NCBI RefSeq assembly: GCF_004010195.1
Contig: NC_057718.1
Span: 74,593,403-74,655,402, forward strand
Origin: Chiloscyllium plagiosum
Lineage: Eukaryota
Direction: 5' to 3'
DNA length: 62,000 bases
Shown here piece after piece: positions 11,001 through 23,700 of the stretch. Both the position numbers and the translations under genes were made by a program. Numbering within the stretch: position 1 is the first letter of the stretch; every line of letters begins with the position of its first letter. The notes under the pieces were generated by a model. The model was not told the origin of the DNA. It saw nothing but the letters and a program-made list of their open reading frames with translations, and made no database searches.

Positions 11001-12961
11001 TGGATGTGCCCTTTCTTCAAATTATTTATGTATTTAGTTAAAAAATATAATCAACAGTCAACTCATCACTCTGAAAGGTTTTTGAGTCCCTCAATAGTGT
11101 AGCCTGTAGCTGATCTTGAACTTCAACAGGAAGAAAAGTTCACTGAGATACCTAGCTCCATATATCCAAACTGACCCTGACTAATTCACAAACTTGGAGT
11201 TTGACCAGAAGCAAAACCCTCCTTTTTTAATTAGTCTGTATTAGGCCCTTAACAAACCTAATTTTCTACTTGCCACTGGCTCCACCCAATGCTGCCAGTA
11301 TAAAAATAGTCCAAAGGTAGGTTGGAGCTAGAGAATGAGCATGTTGTTGGGTGGAGATTATGTTTTGCTCTGTCCTCCTCTGAACTCAGATTCTGAGGAA
11401 CTGAATGTCTAGTCTCTATACATCAGTGCACATTCTCCAGGCTAATTAATTAAAGAGGCACACTGTTAGCTTATCCTTTTGCACAGGTGGTGGAGATTCT
11501 GTTGAAGGATAATGTTGTGAGATACTAATCACATTTTAATACCACAGAAAAGTCTGAGGGGAACTGGAAGACTAATAAATTGCCATTCTTTTAATTTGTT
11601 GCCATTGTTCAGTGAAACACAGCATTAAAAAGTGTTATCGATACCTGCTTAATTATAGAAAAAAAATTAACCAGAGAATCATGTACACCAATGTATGCAG
11701 GTGGCAATAAGAGTCAAAGTATTGCACTAGTCTCAATGTAGAGACCAATCGGCTGAATTACTATTCATTCTATATTTGCTTTTTTTCATTGTTACTGCAA
11801 TGCATTATGAACATGACTCAATGTATTCATTCTAGTTGATTTAATTTCCTGTGAATGCATTTGCTGAAATAGGTGCGAGCAAGATGATAGAACTGTATTA
11901 TTTGGTAAAATGAGAACCTGTCATTTTCAACTTGTGAATGCTACATATCAAAGCTATTGGGGAAATAACAGAAAATAATTAAATTCTAACCACTCGGGAT
12001 CTCCCTTTTAATGTCAGAATGCAAGATCAGATACATAGTCATTGTCCAACAAACTCTAACATTTTCTTTCTGACCTTCTTTATCTATGGTAGGTTTTGAG
12101 CTGGTAAGTAAACTCTGCTGCAATGATAAGCAGTCAGGCAGTGAGTCATTCTAATCAAACTGTTAAGAATGACTATCAATAAGACAATGGGACAAGACAG
12201 GATATAACAGGCTTGCTGCTCAGAGCACACTCAAAGACTTCTAAAGAAAACTGTGAAAGCAGACAGTATCATAGTGTGCAAACAGCATAAATTGCTTTCA
12301 TTTTCCTCCCATAGGAAAAGAAACAGAAGCAATAATAAATTCAGAGATAACAAAAACTTTGCAGACAATTCCACAGCCTTACATTCTTTTCAACTTTACA
12401 ATTCAATTGCAGGAATATCTGATAAATTCCAACAGGGTTGTGCCAAACACTTTGGGCTTTCATGGAGGACAGGCAGTAAGCTTGAATGGAATTAATAAGG
12501 TATAGTTTTCCATTTTAGTTCCACATCTTATGCAATTTATTTTATAGGTGTCCCATCAAAGGTAAAATCAGAATCTTTCCAGAAATAAACATTAACCTGA
12601 ATTTCCTACACTTGTTCTGCCAATGCTGAACCAAACAGTTAGAAGCTCACCAGCAGAAGAAATTGGAATTAGTATTCAGACCTATATCAGATGTCTTCAG
12701 CATTTGCTAAAAGGACTGGTCAAATATTGATTCTGTAGGATGACCTAGGCGTATCTCAACTGTATAACTTAGCCATTGCAATTTGATAGTTGTAGCTCAG
12801 ATAGCCTAGCTCAGCAAACAATGCTGTCCTTCATTTCTATTCAATGTAAGTTAGTGTTGAAACTATTCTCTCTAGTTTGCTTTCACTGACTCAAAGTATC
12901 ATTAAAAACTTTGATGGTTCATTTCTAATTATTTTTGTTTCTGGTCTTACTTTAATATTCG

Positions 12962-13010
12962 GCAAAAGTGTAGATGCTGGAGATCAGAGTCAAGCTTAGA
13001 GTGGTGCTGG
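12962..13010 (-). mobile_element. 49-bp PLE terminal stub with 7-bp flanking repeat
   Basis: tagatgctggagatcagagtcaagcttagagtggtgctgg flanked by atattcg (12955-12961, 13011-13017). Confidence 0.6.
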
Positions 13011-15399
13011 ATATTCGTGGGGATGGTGACTGTCCTGGCCTCGTGGCAAATGGTGGCCGAGTAGTTTCCGGAGGCCGGAGGAAGCAGCACTCTGATCTTA
13101 ACTTATTTTAATATTCTAACAACTAAGGTTGTTCACAACATTGACCTGAAGATGAAATGTTAATTTCTGGGAATTCTAGGAACATTCTGGAAGGTTGGCA
13201 ACCCTATCACAAAGCCCAGGTTGTATGACTAATTATAGTCATATACCATACAAAAGGTTTCAAACTTATTTTGTGATAATATACTTGAGTTGGCATCAAA
13301 TTGTAGTTTAATAGTGTCAAGGAAGACTAAGCAGACTTGTGTTTTAATTGTTGCTGTATGTTGGTTTTGTATTCACTTTAAGTTTGACTTTGTTCCTGTG
13401 TTTTCTGCTTCAGTTTTGAGAAAGTGAGGGAAAACATCTCAAGTACCGAAAGGAGGAGGAATAATGAAAGCAATGTTTACGCTTATCAAACATTTATTTT
13501 TGTACATTTTACAGAGTGAATCTTATGTTTTAAAGATGGCTAAACCAAAATAGATGTTACATTTTTTTGGGTTATCTCAGAGTGTGAACATTTGATTGAA
13601 AAGGAGTTTTCCAGAATATATCTTGCTTATTCGGGGTTTCTTTTTTTTGCCTGTTTCAGGAGGTTATGTAGCTGCATCAGCATGAGGAAGAACTGATCAG
13701 TAACAATATATCACAATCCTGTGGTTTAAGGCATGCATAATAGTATCCCCTGACAATCATAATGATTGGCTGTTCCTCATCTGATTGGGATCCTATCTTC
13801 TGTTTCATACCCATGGAGGACAAACTGGCCCACAGGTCGAAATCAGGATATGTAGGCCAGAATATTTAATTCAATGTAAAATTGTGTGCAAAAACTTAAG
13901 TAATGAGTGAGATAAAAGGATATGATTAAGAGAGAAAGACCTGTTTCTTATGCTCAATGGGTATCAAGGCAGTAAGTTAAGCAACTTGATATTCAAAAAT
14001 GTTTTAATGCTGAATTTCCCAGTAAGGCATTTGTGTAGCAGCCAACAATTAATTGAGACTGACTTGTATTGGAAAGTTTCAATCCTGTAAAGGAGACTGC
14101 TCTCTAAAGCTAGTTCTCATGCTTTCTTATTATACCTCCTTATCGCACAGATATTGACATAACCAGACTAACATCCTTGGCATCTCTGGACAGAGCACAG
14201 CAACATCAGTGAGTTTAGAAAAGGAAGCGCTACAAACATCCTCCACCAACTAACTTACAGTCACCTTGGTGATTCTGTGCACACAGTTAGATAAGGTGGC
14301 ACTGGTGATGAGCATGACACTGATATGCAGTTGTAAGCAGTCCTTGTCAGAATGGAGAATTGAAACAGAAGTCTCCGCTGGGCATATAAGTAGGACCTCA
14401 GAACTCACTGGGGAGGAGATCTTATCTGGAGAAACAACAACAGATATGCTCCAATATTGCAGAATTTTCAGAGGCATGGACCACTATGGCTTACACCTTT
14501 CAGAACATGAATTCCTCCTTTAACAGAATGTTCCATATGCAGCAGTCTTTGGAATTCTTGTAGGAAATGTTCACTGCTGTTCATGGATTGCTTTCCACAT
14601 TATATAGTCAACAGTGCAGAGATGTCTAAAGGAGGCATCAGTTGTACCCCAGCTGCTGCTCCCAGCTAATCATCTTAAATGCTAGTCAAGGACCCATCTC
14701 TCATGGCCATTATCATTGGCCTCCTTGGCCAAACTGACTAAGGGAGCAACTGTGCAGCAGGACCTATTATTGAGACTGCCCTTGTAATGATTTAGGTGCA
14801 GCTGCCCCTGCAACTGCCCCCTCAGTCAATTCCATAATAGATACATGTGCCCTGTGCATCTCAGCCACAGACAGACTGAAGTGTCTTTATCTCCTCCAGA
14901 GCCAGAAGGGGTGCATCACATTGAACTGGCCAAATGCAGAAGGCATTGTGTTGGATACAGCACTGTTGTGAGTCACGAGATGTTCACTTCCTGCAACTGT
15001 GCACTGTCTTCCTTTATGAGCACCACGTAAATATTAATACATCAAGCCAGACATGTCAGCTTTCTTTTCTAAATAGTGGAAGTAGAAAAGCAAAGCCAGG
15101 ATCTGTCTATCTATGGTGACAATAAGATCTTTGGACAGATGGGAGTCTTTTATTGACAGTGGGAGTTTGTGTGTTTCAGGCTACATCTTCAAGAGAAGTG
15201 TTAGTACTTTCCTATCAACTCTGAGTGAGCTCCAGACTATGCCATTCCTCATAGGTCAAAGGCGTTTAGTCGAAACAAGCCTGAATTAAATGATCTTAAT
15301 GATAGTAATATCAATGCAAAGGCCCTGTACTGGGTCCAGAAACTTCCTGGTTCAAATAGGAACTTTGGTGTTCTGTATCTTTATTAGCTCCTCTTCCTT

Positions 15400-16230
15400 C
15401 TCTGCCTCCAATGAGATGTGTGCTTCCAGGGTCTTACCCTTTTCAGGGTCCACATGTAGGCCATATTATGGGAAGTGGAGCAGACCACTACAATAAATGA
15501 GACCCTTCCAGGGGTCGACTGCAGGCTGTCACATTACCAGTCCAAGCACTGGAATCACATCTTCAGAAGTCAGACAGGTTGCTCAGTGGTTGTCCCAGTA
15601 AGTAGATTGCTTCAATTTCATCACCGAAGTTTCTCACAGGATAGCCATCACTTCCTGTACGTGAATCCTTCCAGTTACACTGGGGGGGTGGTGTGAAGTA
15701 TTCTGCCAGTCAGAACTGGCAGAGGACTAAGAAATTCCAGCAGCTACCAGAAAGCAAGAGTACACATAAAGGAAACTCTTGTGATAACAGACAAGCCAAA
15801 CATAGAGAAATTGTAGCCCTTCTTGTTGATGAATCTAACTTGCAGATCCCTGGGTGCCTTGATGGCAACATGGGTACAATCAATGTTGCCCTGCAGCTGT
15901 AGGAATCTGGTAATGGCCGTTAAACACACTGAGGTCACATCTACCAGGAAATTAATGTACTGCCCAGCAGTTGTAAAGGGGCATCAATTACCCTGTGCCC
16001 AAGGCCCATAGCTAATCCTTGGAAGAAAGCAACAAAGAAGTTCAAAGCCACAGTGACTTGGACAGTTACCAACAAGGCATTGCGAGCAGTTCTGTGAGAT
16101 GTGTGGTCTTCAGCATCCAGGGCACAGATCTCTGTGGCTATCTCCTTGGAAAGTTGGAGTCTCCTGTAACAGTGGTCCTGTGACTTGAGTTTGATCCATC
16201 TTTGGCAATAGTTTATCCCTATCATCTCAA
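15400..16230 (-). pseudogene. Decayed PIF/Harbinger (HARBI1-like DDE) transposase
   Basis: Frameshifted pieces CYRRLQLSKEIATEIC..LLVTVQVTVALNFF, FLQLQGNIDCTHVAIKAP..FINKKGY and LLKM*FQCLD. These match the Harbinger motifs GAIDCTHV.I..P, NRKG and LKMRFRCL. Confidence 0.85.
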
Positions 16231-16422
16231 TGCCCGGGTTCTTCCCTTCCTTGAGATGATGTTACTCCTCATCACCACTGGAGCCATACTCCATTGCAAG
16301 CAAACTCCTTTTTTTAGTGTTCAGGTGAACCTCAATCATGTGGGAAGCCTCTTTCCCTCTTCCCCCCTTGACACCAGGAAAGGTGACAGCCACTGTACTG
16401 CCAAACACTCACTATCCACTAA

Positions 16423-16770
16423 GAATCATAGAATCCCTACAGCATGGAAGCAGGCCATTCAGCCCATTGAATCCACACCGACCCTCCGAAGAGCATCTAC
16501 CTAGATCCACACCTCTTTACTCTATCCTATCCCTGTAACTATGCATTTCCCATGCTTTATCCACTAAGCTTAGATATCCCTGGACAATGGGCAATTTAGA
16601 CTGGCGAATTCACCTAAACTGCACATCTTTGGACTGTGGGAGGAAACTGGAGCATCTGGAGGAAACCCACACACACAGGGAGAGAATGTGTAAATGTCAC
16701 TCAGTACCTAAGGGTACCTTAATCCCTGATGCTATGAGACAGCAGTGCTAACCGCTGAGCCATGATGCCG
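16423..16770 (-). mobile_element. HE1-type V-SINE
   Basis: Reverse complement of tRNA-like head, V-domain and CR1-like tail. Confidence 0.85.
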
Positions 16771-17299
16771 AATTTTGTTACCTTCTGGTAAAACTGATGC
16801 GACTAATTTAGAATTCCACTACATCACAAGACAAAATGTACAACCATAGTTATATGACTGCAAAGTATGCTATGGAGCAGAAATTTGGCGTGTTCAAACT
16901 GAAGTTCACTTGTTTTGACTTATCTGGCAACTCCATGCAGTACATATTAAGCATACACCAAAAGGCTATTCAACCATAGCTGATGAGACCTTTCCAGAGG
17001 TAATGTTGCTGCTGTTTTGCGAATCTCTAGGAGTAATTAGGTATCATTTCACCTATTTTATGTGAGACAACCTAGAGGATGTGACTGATGTTTAAGGAGA
17101 TCCATTCTACCCCGTAATTCATTTCTTTGAGCTGGAACAGATGTTGGAGCCCAAGGTCTGTATAGCTGTTCCCTGAGCCCTGGTTGTGAAAGCTAGTGAA
17201 ACAAACTCTGGCTGTGAGAGCACAGTTGCGTTATCACTGAAAGTGACATAAAGGCTCTCAGAGAGGCGACTTTGTGACAGAAATGCACTCTAGATTAGC

Positions 17300-17730
17300 T
17301 TGGTGGTTCAGTGATTAGCACTGCTGCCTTACAGTGCCAGGGACCCAAGCTTGATTCCATCCTCAGGTGACTGCCTGTGTGCAGTTTGCATATTCTTTCT
17401 GTGTTTATATGGGCTTTTCCTTGGTGTTCCAGTTTCCTCCCAGGCCAAAGATGTGCAGGTTAGGTAGTTTGGCCATGCTAAATTGCCAGTTGTGTTTATG
17501 AAGAAGGGCATGTGCCCGAAACGTCGAATCTTCTGTTCCCTAGATGCTGCCTGACCTGCTGTGCTGTTCCAGCAATAAAGTTTCAGCTCAGTTGTGTTTA
17601 TGGAAGTGTAAGCTAGGTGCATTAGCCATGGGAAATGCCGGGTTGGGGTGCTTCTGGGTGGGATACTCTTTGGAAGATTGGTGTAGACTCTGGGCTGAAT
17701 GGGCTGCTTCCACACTGTAGGGATTCTATG
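17300..17730 (+). mobile_element. HE1-type V-SINE interrupted by a PLE stub
   Basis: Head ggtggttcagtgattagcactgctgcc, V-domain, tail ccacactgtagggattctatg. Confidence 0.85.
17501..17588 (+). mobile_element. 88-bp PLE terminal stub with 14-bp TSD
   Basis: cagttgtgtttatg at 17487-17500 and 17589-17602. The insert begins inside the hammerhead core (tg|aagaagggcatgtgcccgaaacgtcgaatc). Confidence 0.85.
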
Positions 17731-17959
17731 ACTCCTCCTTTCTTCCATTCAGGTATCTATGAAGCATTCAATTACTAACTCAAGTTAGCAAAATCACAAT
17801 AATATTTCCAACTGTTCCACCTGCACAAACAAACTAACCACCATTGCTTTAATATTAAAGAAACACATAGGACTTACTGCATACAGATACAGACTGCTTC
17901 AGTTTTTGACAGTTTGTGAATGTACAGAATACTGTGCAATTATCAACTAAACTAATGAT

Positions 17960-18440
17960 GGCAGGATGGTCATTGATGAAACATCTGAAGGTGGTTCAGC
18001 CTAGGATGCCACCCTGAATAACTCTAGGGATGAAATGATGGACTTCCAATAAGTGGAACCATCTTCCTTTTTCTAGTGGAGAGTTATGTTTTCTATAATT
18101 ACCATTAACTTCAATATTTCACCACATTTCTTCAGATGTTGGATTGATGCCATTGATTTTGATGCCAGCATTTCATTGATATTCCCAGTCACTCTCACCT
18201 CAGCTTTTCAAATAAACTTTCTTCTGCAATTTCAGATCAAGGTTGTATTTCCCTGACCTAATCCAAAATGGGCAATACTTAAATAGTTATTGCTGAGTAC
18301 GTGTCACTTGACTGCACCAAAGTGATGGAAGCAATTGCACCACACAACCCGAGTGCAATGGTTCACATCAATTTGCTGACAATCAACAGTAAACTGATGG
18401 GGCAATAATTGGCTGGATTTGATTTGCTTGGCATTTTCAG
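17960..18440 (-). mobile_element. Old LINE RT-region fragment
   Basis: KSNPANYCPISLLLIVSKLM resembles the NYRPISLLS..SK motif of non-LTR RTs. Confidence 0.6.
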
Positions 18441-18446
18441 AACATG

Positions 18447-18693
18447 ATGTAGAAGAACAGGTGTTGGACTGGACTGGACAAAGTTAAAAATTACATAACA
18501 CCAAGTTATAGTCCAAGTACCAAGGAACAGCGCTCTGAAAGCTAGTGCTTCCAAATAAAGCTGTTGGACTATAACCTGGTGTTGTGTGATTTTTAACTTT
18601 TTTTGGACATGACCTATCTGAATATAAACCTGTTGGATGATAACCTGGTGTTTTTGATTTTTTACTTTTTCTGGACATGACCTATCTGAATAT
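18447..18693. mobile_element. Family-C fold-back element with tandem duplication of its right junction
   Basis: Inverted arms aaagttaaaaattacataacacca / tggtgttgtgtgatttttaacttt. Partial hammerhead-like half ggaacagcgctctgaaagcta. Confidence 0.65.
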
Positions 18694-19541
18694 TTTTTCC
18701 AATTTTTATATGTGAATTAATATATGATACTTGAAGAGTAGCATATTCCAAAGCACAAAAAAGTGAAACTTCGAGAAATTTTGCATATAATTCTATTAAT
18801 TCAGAAGTAACCTGCCATAAAAACATATATACAGATGTGAACAGATCGACGTGTGAAGATTGGGAGTAATAAATTATCTCAAATCTTGTGAAAACAACTG
18901 ATTTATTCGGTATTTTATCCTGTGTAAATTACATCTGAATGTGAATTATTGGTAATAGTATCCCATTGAGCAAATTCTGAAGGTAGAACTTACTGTTTAA
19001 AGTGGTCCTTCAATACTTCAACACTTTTCTTATATTAAAGGAACATAGTAGAATGCCTTACAATTCTATAGATTTGTCAAATAGTAAGATTTGATCCATT
19101 TGTTTCAGAAATGTCCTTTATTTAAGTTCATCTTATTTTGAAAAGTAATACTAAATATTATGAAGTGAATAGAGTCAGAGAGTCCAACAGCATGAAGACT
19201 GGTCCTTCAGCCCAAACTGGTTCATGTCGATTAAATATCCTTCCACGCTAAGCTCATTGCCCTGCACTTGGCCCAATTTCTTCTATACCTTTCCTATCCA
19301 TGTATTTGTCCAAATGCCTTTTAAATGTTGTTAATGTACCTGCCTCAATCACTTCTGCTGGCAGCTCATTCCATATGCGTACCACTCTCTGTGTGAAAAC
19401 ATTACCCCTCAGGTTCCCTTTTATTCTTTCCCCTCTAATCTTAAACTGATGCCCTCTAGTCCTTGCTTCCCCAACATTTTTCCCTGGGGAAAAGACTGAA
19501 TGGATTCAGTCTATTCATGCCTCTCATGATTTTATACACTT

Positions 19542-19862
19542 GGGCGGCATGGTGGCTCAGTGGTTAGCACTGCTGCCTCACAGCGCCAGAGACCCGGGTT
19601 CAATTCCCACCCCAGGCAACTGTCTGTGTGGAGTTTGCACATTCTCCCTGTGTCTGCGAGGGTTTCCTCCAGGTGCTCCGGTTTCCTTCCACATTCCAAA
19701 AATGTGCATGTTAGGTGAATTGGCCATGCTAAATTGCCCGTAGTGTTAGGTGAAGGGGTAAATGTAGGGGAATGGGTCTGGGTGGGTTGCGCTTCGACAG
19801 ATCGGTGTAGACTTGTTGGGCCGAAGGGCCTGTTTGCACACTTTAAGTAATCTAATCTAATA
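19542..19862 (+). mobile_element. Full-length HE1-type V-SINE
   Basis: gggcggcatggtggctcagtggttagc (A box), gggttcaattcc (B box), V-domain, tail ending aatctaatctaa. Confidence 0.92.
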
Positions 19863-20057
19863 ACATTCCCCCTCAGTCTCCGATGCTGTAAAAACAAAAG
19901 TCCTAGCCTGTCCAACCCCTTCATATAACTCAGACCGTTGAGTTCTAGCAACATCCTTGTAAATTTCTTCTGCACGCTTTCCAGTTTAAAAACATCCTTC
20001 TGACAGCAAGGTGATCAAAACCCAAATACAAAACTCCAGGTGCGGCCTACACCAACA

Positions 20058-20245
20058 ACCTCTGGTTTCCTCCCACAGACCAAAAAATGTGCAGGTTAGG
20101 TGAATTGGCCATGCTAAATTGCCCATAGTGTTAGGTGAAGGGATAAATGTAGGGGAATGGGTCTGGCTGGGTTACGCTTTGGCGGGTCGGTGTGGACTTG
20201 TTGGGCCGAAGGGCCTGTTTCCACACTGTAAGTAATCTAATCTAA
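20058..20245 (+). mobile_element. 5'-truncated HE1-type SINE
   Basis: Near-identical to the 3' half of 19542-19862. Confidence 0.88.
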
Positions 20246-22141
20246 AAAAAACCTGTACAACTGAAACATAACTTTCCAACTTCTATACTCAATGCCCTGA
20301 TTGATGAAGGCCAGAGTACCAAAAGCGTTCTTCACTGCCCTGTCCACCTGTGACTCAACTTTCAGAGAACTGTGCACCTGAACTCCAAGGTCCCTTTGTA
20401 CCACTACACTCCTTAAGACCCTACCAATCACCATGAAATTCCTACCTTGATTTGACTTTTCAAAATGCAAGACCTCACACTTATTTATATTAAACTCCAT
20501 TAACCATTTCTTGGCCCACTTCCCCAGCTGATCAAGAGCCTATTGCAATTTCCTCACTGTCCATGATACCGCCTATTTAGTGTTATCTACAAACTTAATC
20601 ATGCCTTGCACAATGTCATCCAAATCATTGAGATAGATAACAAATAGCATGGGCTCAGCATCGACCCCTGAGGTACATTACTAGTCAGAGGGCTCCAGTC
20701 TGACAAGCATCCTTCCATTACCTTCTGCTTCCTACCATCAAGCCAACTGTGTGTCCAATTTGCTAGCTCTCCATGGATTCTATGTTATCTAACCTTCCAG
20801 TGCAGCCTACCACATCAAAGGATATGGTACCTTATCAAAGGCCTTAGTGACATTTACACAGGTTATGTCTACCGCCCTGCCCTCATCAACCTTCCTGGTC
20901 ACTTCATCAAAGAATTTTAACAAATTTGTGAAGCATGATCTCCCACTCACAAAGCCATGCTGACTACTCTGGTCTATAGGTCCCAAATGTTTCTCTGTAG
21001 CCTTTCTTGAATTAGGGCACAACACTTCTGACCCTCAGGACTTCTGGGACCTCACCAGTGGCTAATGATGATGCAAATACATCAGCCAGGGCCCCTGGAA
21101 GTTTTTCTCTAGCGTCTTGCAGGGTTATTGGATATATCTGGTCAAGACCAGGAGATTTATCCATCTTAATACATCCAATAACTCCTCTATGCAACATGAT
21201 TTCATTTTCTAGATTATTTTTCTCACACTAATATCTTGGAGTTTATAGCAATGAGCACAGGTAGTGTAAATTAACTCAATTTTAAATAAAACTAAAATTA
21301 GAAAAATATACTAATGACTTAAGCTGTAAACATGTTTTATTGCAGTGATAAAGCAATCTGATAGGCAGTGACAGACATGATGTATGTGAAACCCAGTGAC
21401 ACAACACTTGAAATATCAAGGAACAATATGGAAGACTATGTTGTTCCCAGTGGCAGGACATCCAGTTAAGCCAAAATATTCAGACCTTAGTATCTAAGCA
21501 ATATTTTAAAAGAGGAAAGAGGTGGAGTCACCTACAGGGGTTTTCCAGAATTCATGGAATAGGCACCTAAAGGCAAATCTGTATGAGACAGAGGCTAGAT
21601 TTAGAGGAGCATAAAGATTTTGAATTTTCTTAGCAATGGAGGAGGTTGCATAGACACAGAAAGGCGAGGTCATGGAGTGAATCAAAGATAAAAGTTTAAA
21701 AACTGAGATGTCCCCAGAACGGAAACCAGCTTTGGTAAGCAATGTGAATGAGATTTAGTGTAATTTCTGCGGGATTTGAATCAAACCCACATTTGAGGGC
21801 TTGATTCCACAATTAAGTAGTACAAGCTAGCCAAATTAAAGGGTTGGGAACTTTGCAGCCTTGGCAGCACCACTCAAGCTGCAAGGAGACCTCCATTCAG
21901 AGATATCCTCACAGCAAAGGCAAAACATTTGCTCCTTTATATTGTCTACCAGGGTACCCCTTCTGTGCCATAAAGTCTCTGTATGCAATGAACAAAGAGA
22001 AAGAACAGTACAACACAGAAGCAGGCCCCTTTGGTCCAGCAAGACTTCACTAACACATAATGCCTTCCTAAACTAAAATGCCTCTATGCGGTACACATTC
22101 CCTGCTTATTCATATGTCTATCAAGATGCCTCTTAAACGTT

Positions 22142-22309
22142 CGGAGAAAGTGAGGACTGTAGATGCTGGAGATCAGAGTCGAAAAATGTGGCGCTGGAAA
22201 AGTACAGCAGGTCAGGCATTCCTGATGAAGGGCTTATGCCCGAAACGTCCATACTCCTGTTCCTCAGATGCTGCCTGACCTGCTGTACTTTTTCAGCGCC
22301 ACACGTTTC
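22142..22309. mobile_element. 168-bp palindromic PLE-terminus insertion with central hammerhead core and 14-bp TSD
   Basis: gcctcttaaacgtt at 22128-22141 and 22310-22323. Core ctgatgaagggcttatgcccgaaacgtc at 22222-22249. Confidence 0.88.
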
Positions 22310-23615
22310 GCCTCTTAAACGTTGTATTGTAGCAGTGCATTACAGGCACTTACCACACTGTAAAAGAAACTTGTTTCTCACATCTCCTTTAAAATTAATC
22401 CCCTTTTACTTTAAACCAATGACTCCAGTTTAAAAAGGCTCCTTGACAAAAACTGTCTTTGCACAAATACCTTTGCAAGATTCTACAATTGTATTTTCAG
22501 TATTTTCTGTTTTTATTCCAGATCTTCAATTATTTCTCTCTTCAATCCAAACAACAATAATTTAAAATGTTGCTACTTTTTATTAATTTTATCTCCTCTG
22601 AGTGCATTCTTCTGAACTTTCATCAATGTCTTACTACTTCTTGCTGTGAAATATCCTAACAAATTGAGATACAGACCTTCCTTGTGATGCATGTAGTTAT
22701 GGACAGAAGAAATAAATGTAATTAAAAAGCCAATCCCTCCAGGGTGGAATGTATTGTTCACTGTTGGCACTACATCTCCACTGGTGGTGGAAGGGATGCC
22801 ATTTCTTTAGTGTAAGGTTTCAAGCCATCTTCAGCCTGAAGATCTGTGGGTCTCCTATATCTGACCTCTTTGAATGAATCCCTTGCAACTGTAAAAGCAG
22901 ATAGTGTAAAAAAAAAATGCTGACCTTGTGTGCTCTGTGCGTTAAGTTTGGGGGAAGTCTCTTTCAAGGTAAGCATAAAACATAAAACATTACAGTGCAG
23001 TACAGGCCCTTCGGCCCTTGATGCTGTGCCGATGTGTGGAATCAATCTGAAGCCTATCTATCCTACACTATTCCATTTGCATCCATATGCTTATCCAATG
23101 ACTATTTAAATTACCTTAAAGTTGGCGAGTCTACTACTGTTGCAGGCAGTGCATTCCATGCTCTTACTACTCTCTGAGTAAAGACACTACCTCTGACATC
23201 TGTTTTATATCTATTGCCCCTCAATTTATAGCTATGTCCCCTTGTGCTAGTCATCACCATCTGAGGAAAAAGGGTCTGATGTCCACCCTACCTAATTCTC
23301 TGATTACCTTATATGTCTCAATGAAGTCACGTCTTAACCTTCTTCTCTCTAACAAAAACAGCCTCAAGTCCCTCGGCCTTTCCTCATAAGACCTTCCCTC
23401 CATACCAGGCAACATCCTAGTAAATGTCCTCTGAGCTGTTTCCAAAGCTTCCACATCCTTCCTATAGTGTAGTGACCAGAACTGCACACAATATTCCAAG
23501 TGTGGCCATATTAGAGTTTTGCACAGCTGCAGCATGACCTCATGGCTCTGAAACTCAATCTCTCTATCAATAAAAGCTAACACACCATATGCCTCTTAAC
23601 AACCCTATTAACCTG

Positions 23616-23700
23616 AAGAAGGGCTTATGCCCGAAACGTCGATTCTCCTATTCCTTTGATGCTGCCTGACCTGCAGCGCTTTTCCAGCAATACATTTTTA
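23616..23700 (+). mobile_element. 85-bp PLE terminal stub with 15-bp TSD (1 mismatch)
   Basis: aaccctattaacctg at 23601-23615 and aaccctatcaacctg at 23701-23715. The hammerhead core at 23613-23640 is completed by target microhomology. Confidence 0.85.

Larger units (their letters stand above)
19168..21185 (-). mobile_element. CR1-type LINE 3' part (RT), with two HE1 insertions
   Basis: ORF pieces SQHGFVSGRSCFTNLLKFF..KAFDKVP, MEFNINKCEVLHF and KSPGLDQIYP. Confidence 0.9.

Noticed and set aside
12315..12475. Plus-strand exon-like segment (ttttcctcccatag ... gca|gtaagc), open in two frames
   Set aside because: No recognisable protein similarity, and it is antisense to MEI4. Such signals arise by chance in AT-rich DNA. 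RNA-seq would be needed.
13192..13206. aggttggcaacccta, resembling a hAT-type terminal inverted repeat
   Set aside because: No partner TIR or TSD was found.
19542..19615. tRNA gene-like A/B boxes
   Set aside because: They are SINE heads followed by a V-domain and LINE-like tail, not tRNA genes.
22430..22900. Possible upstream MEI4 exon on the minus strand
   Set aside because: The ORF translations show no similarity to the MEI4 penultimate exon as I recall it, and no convincing donor was found.
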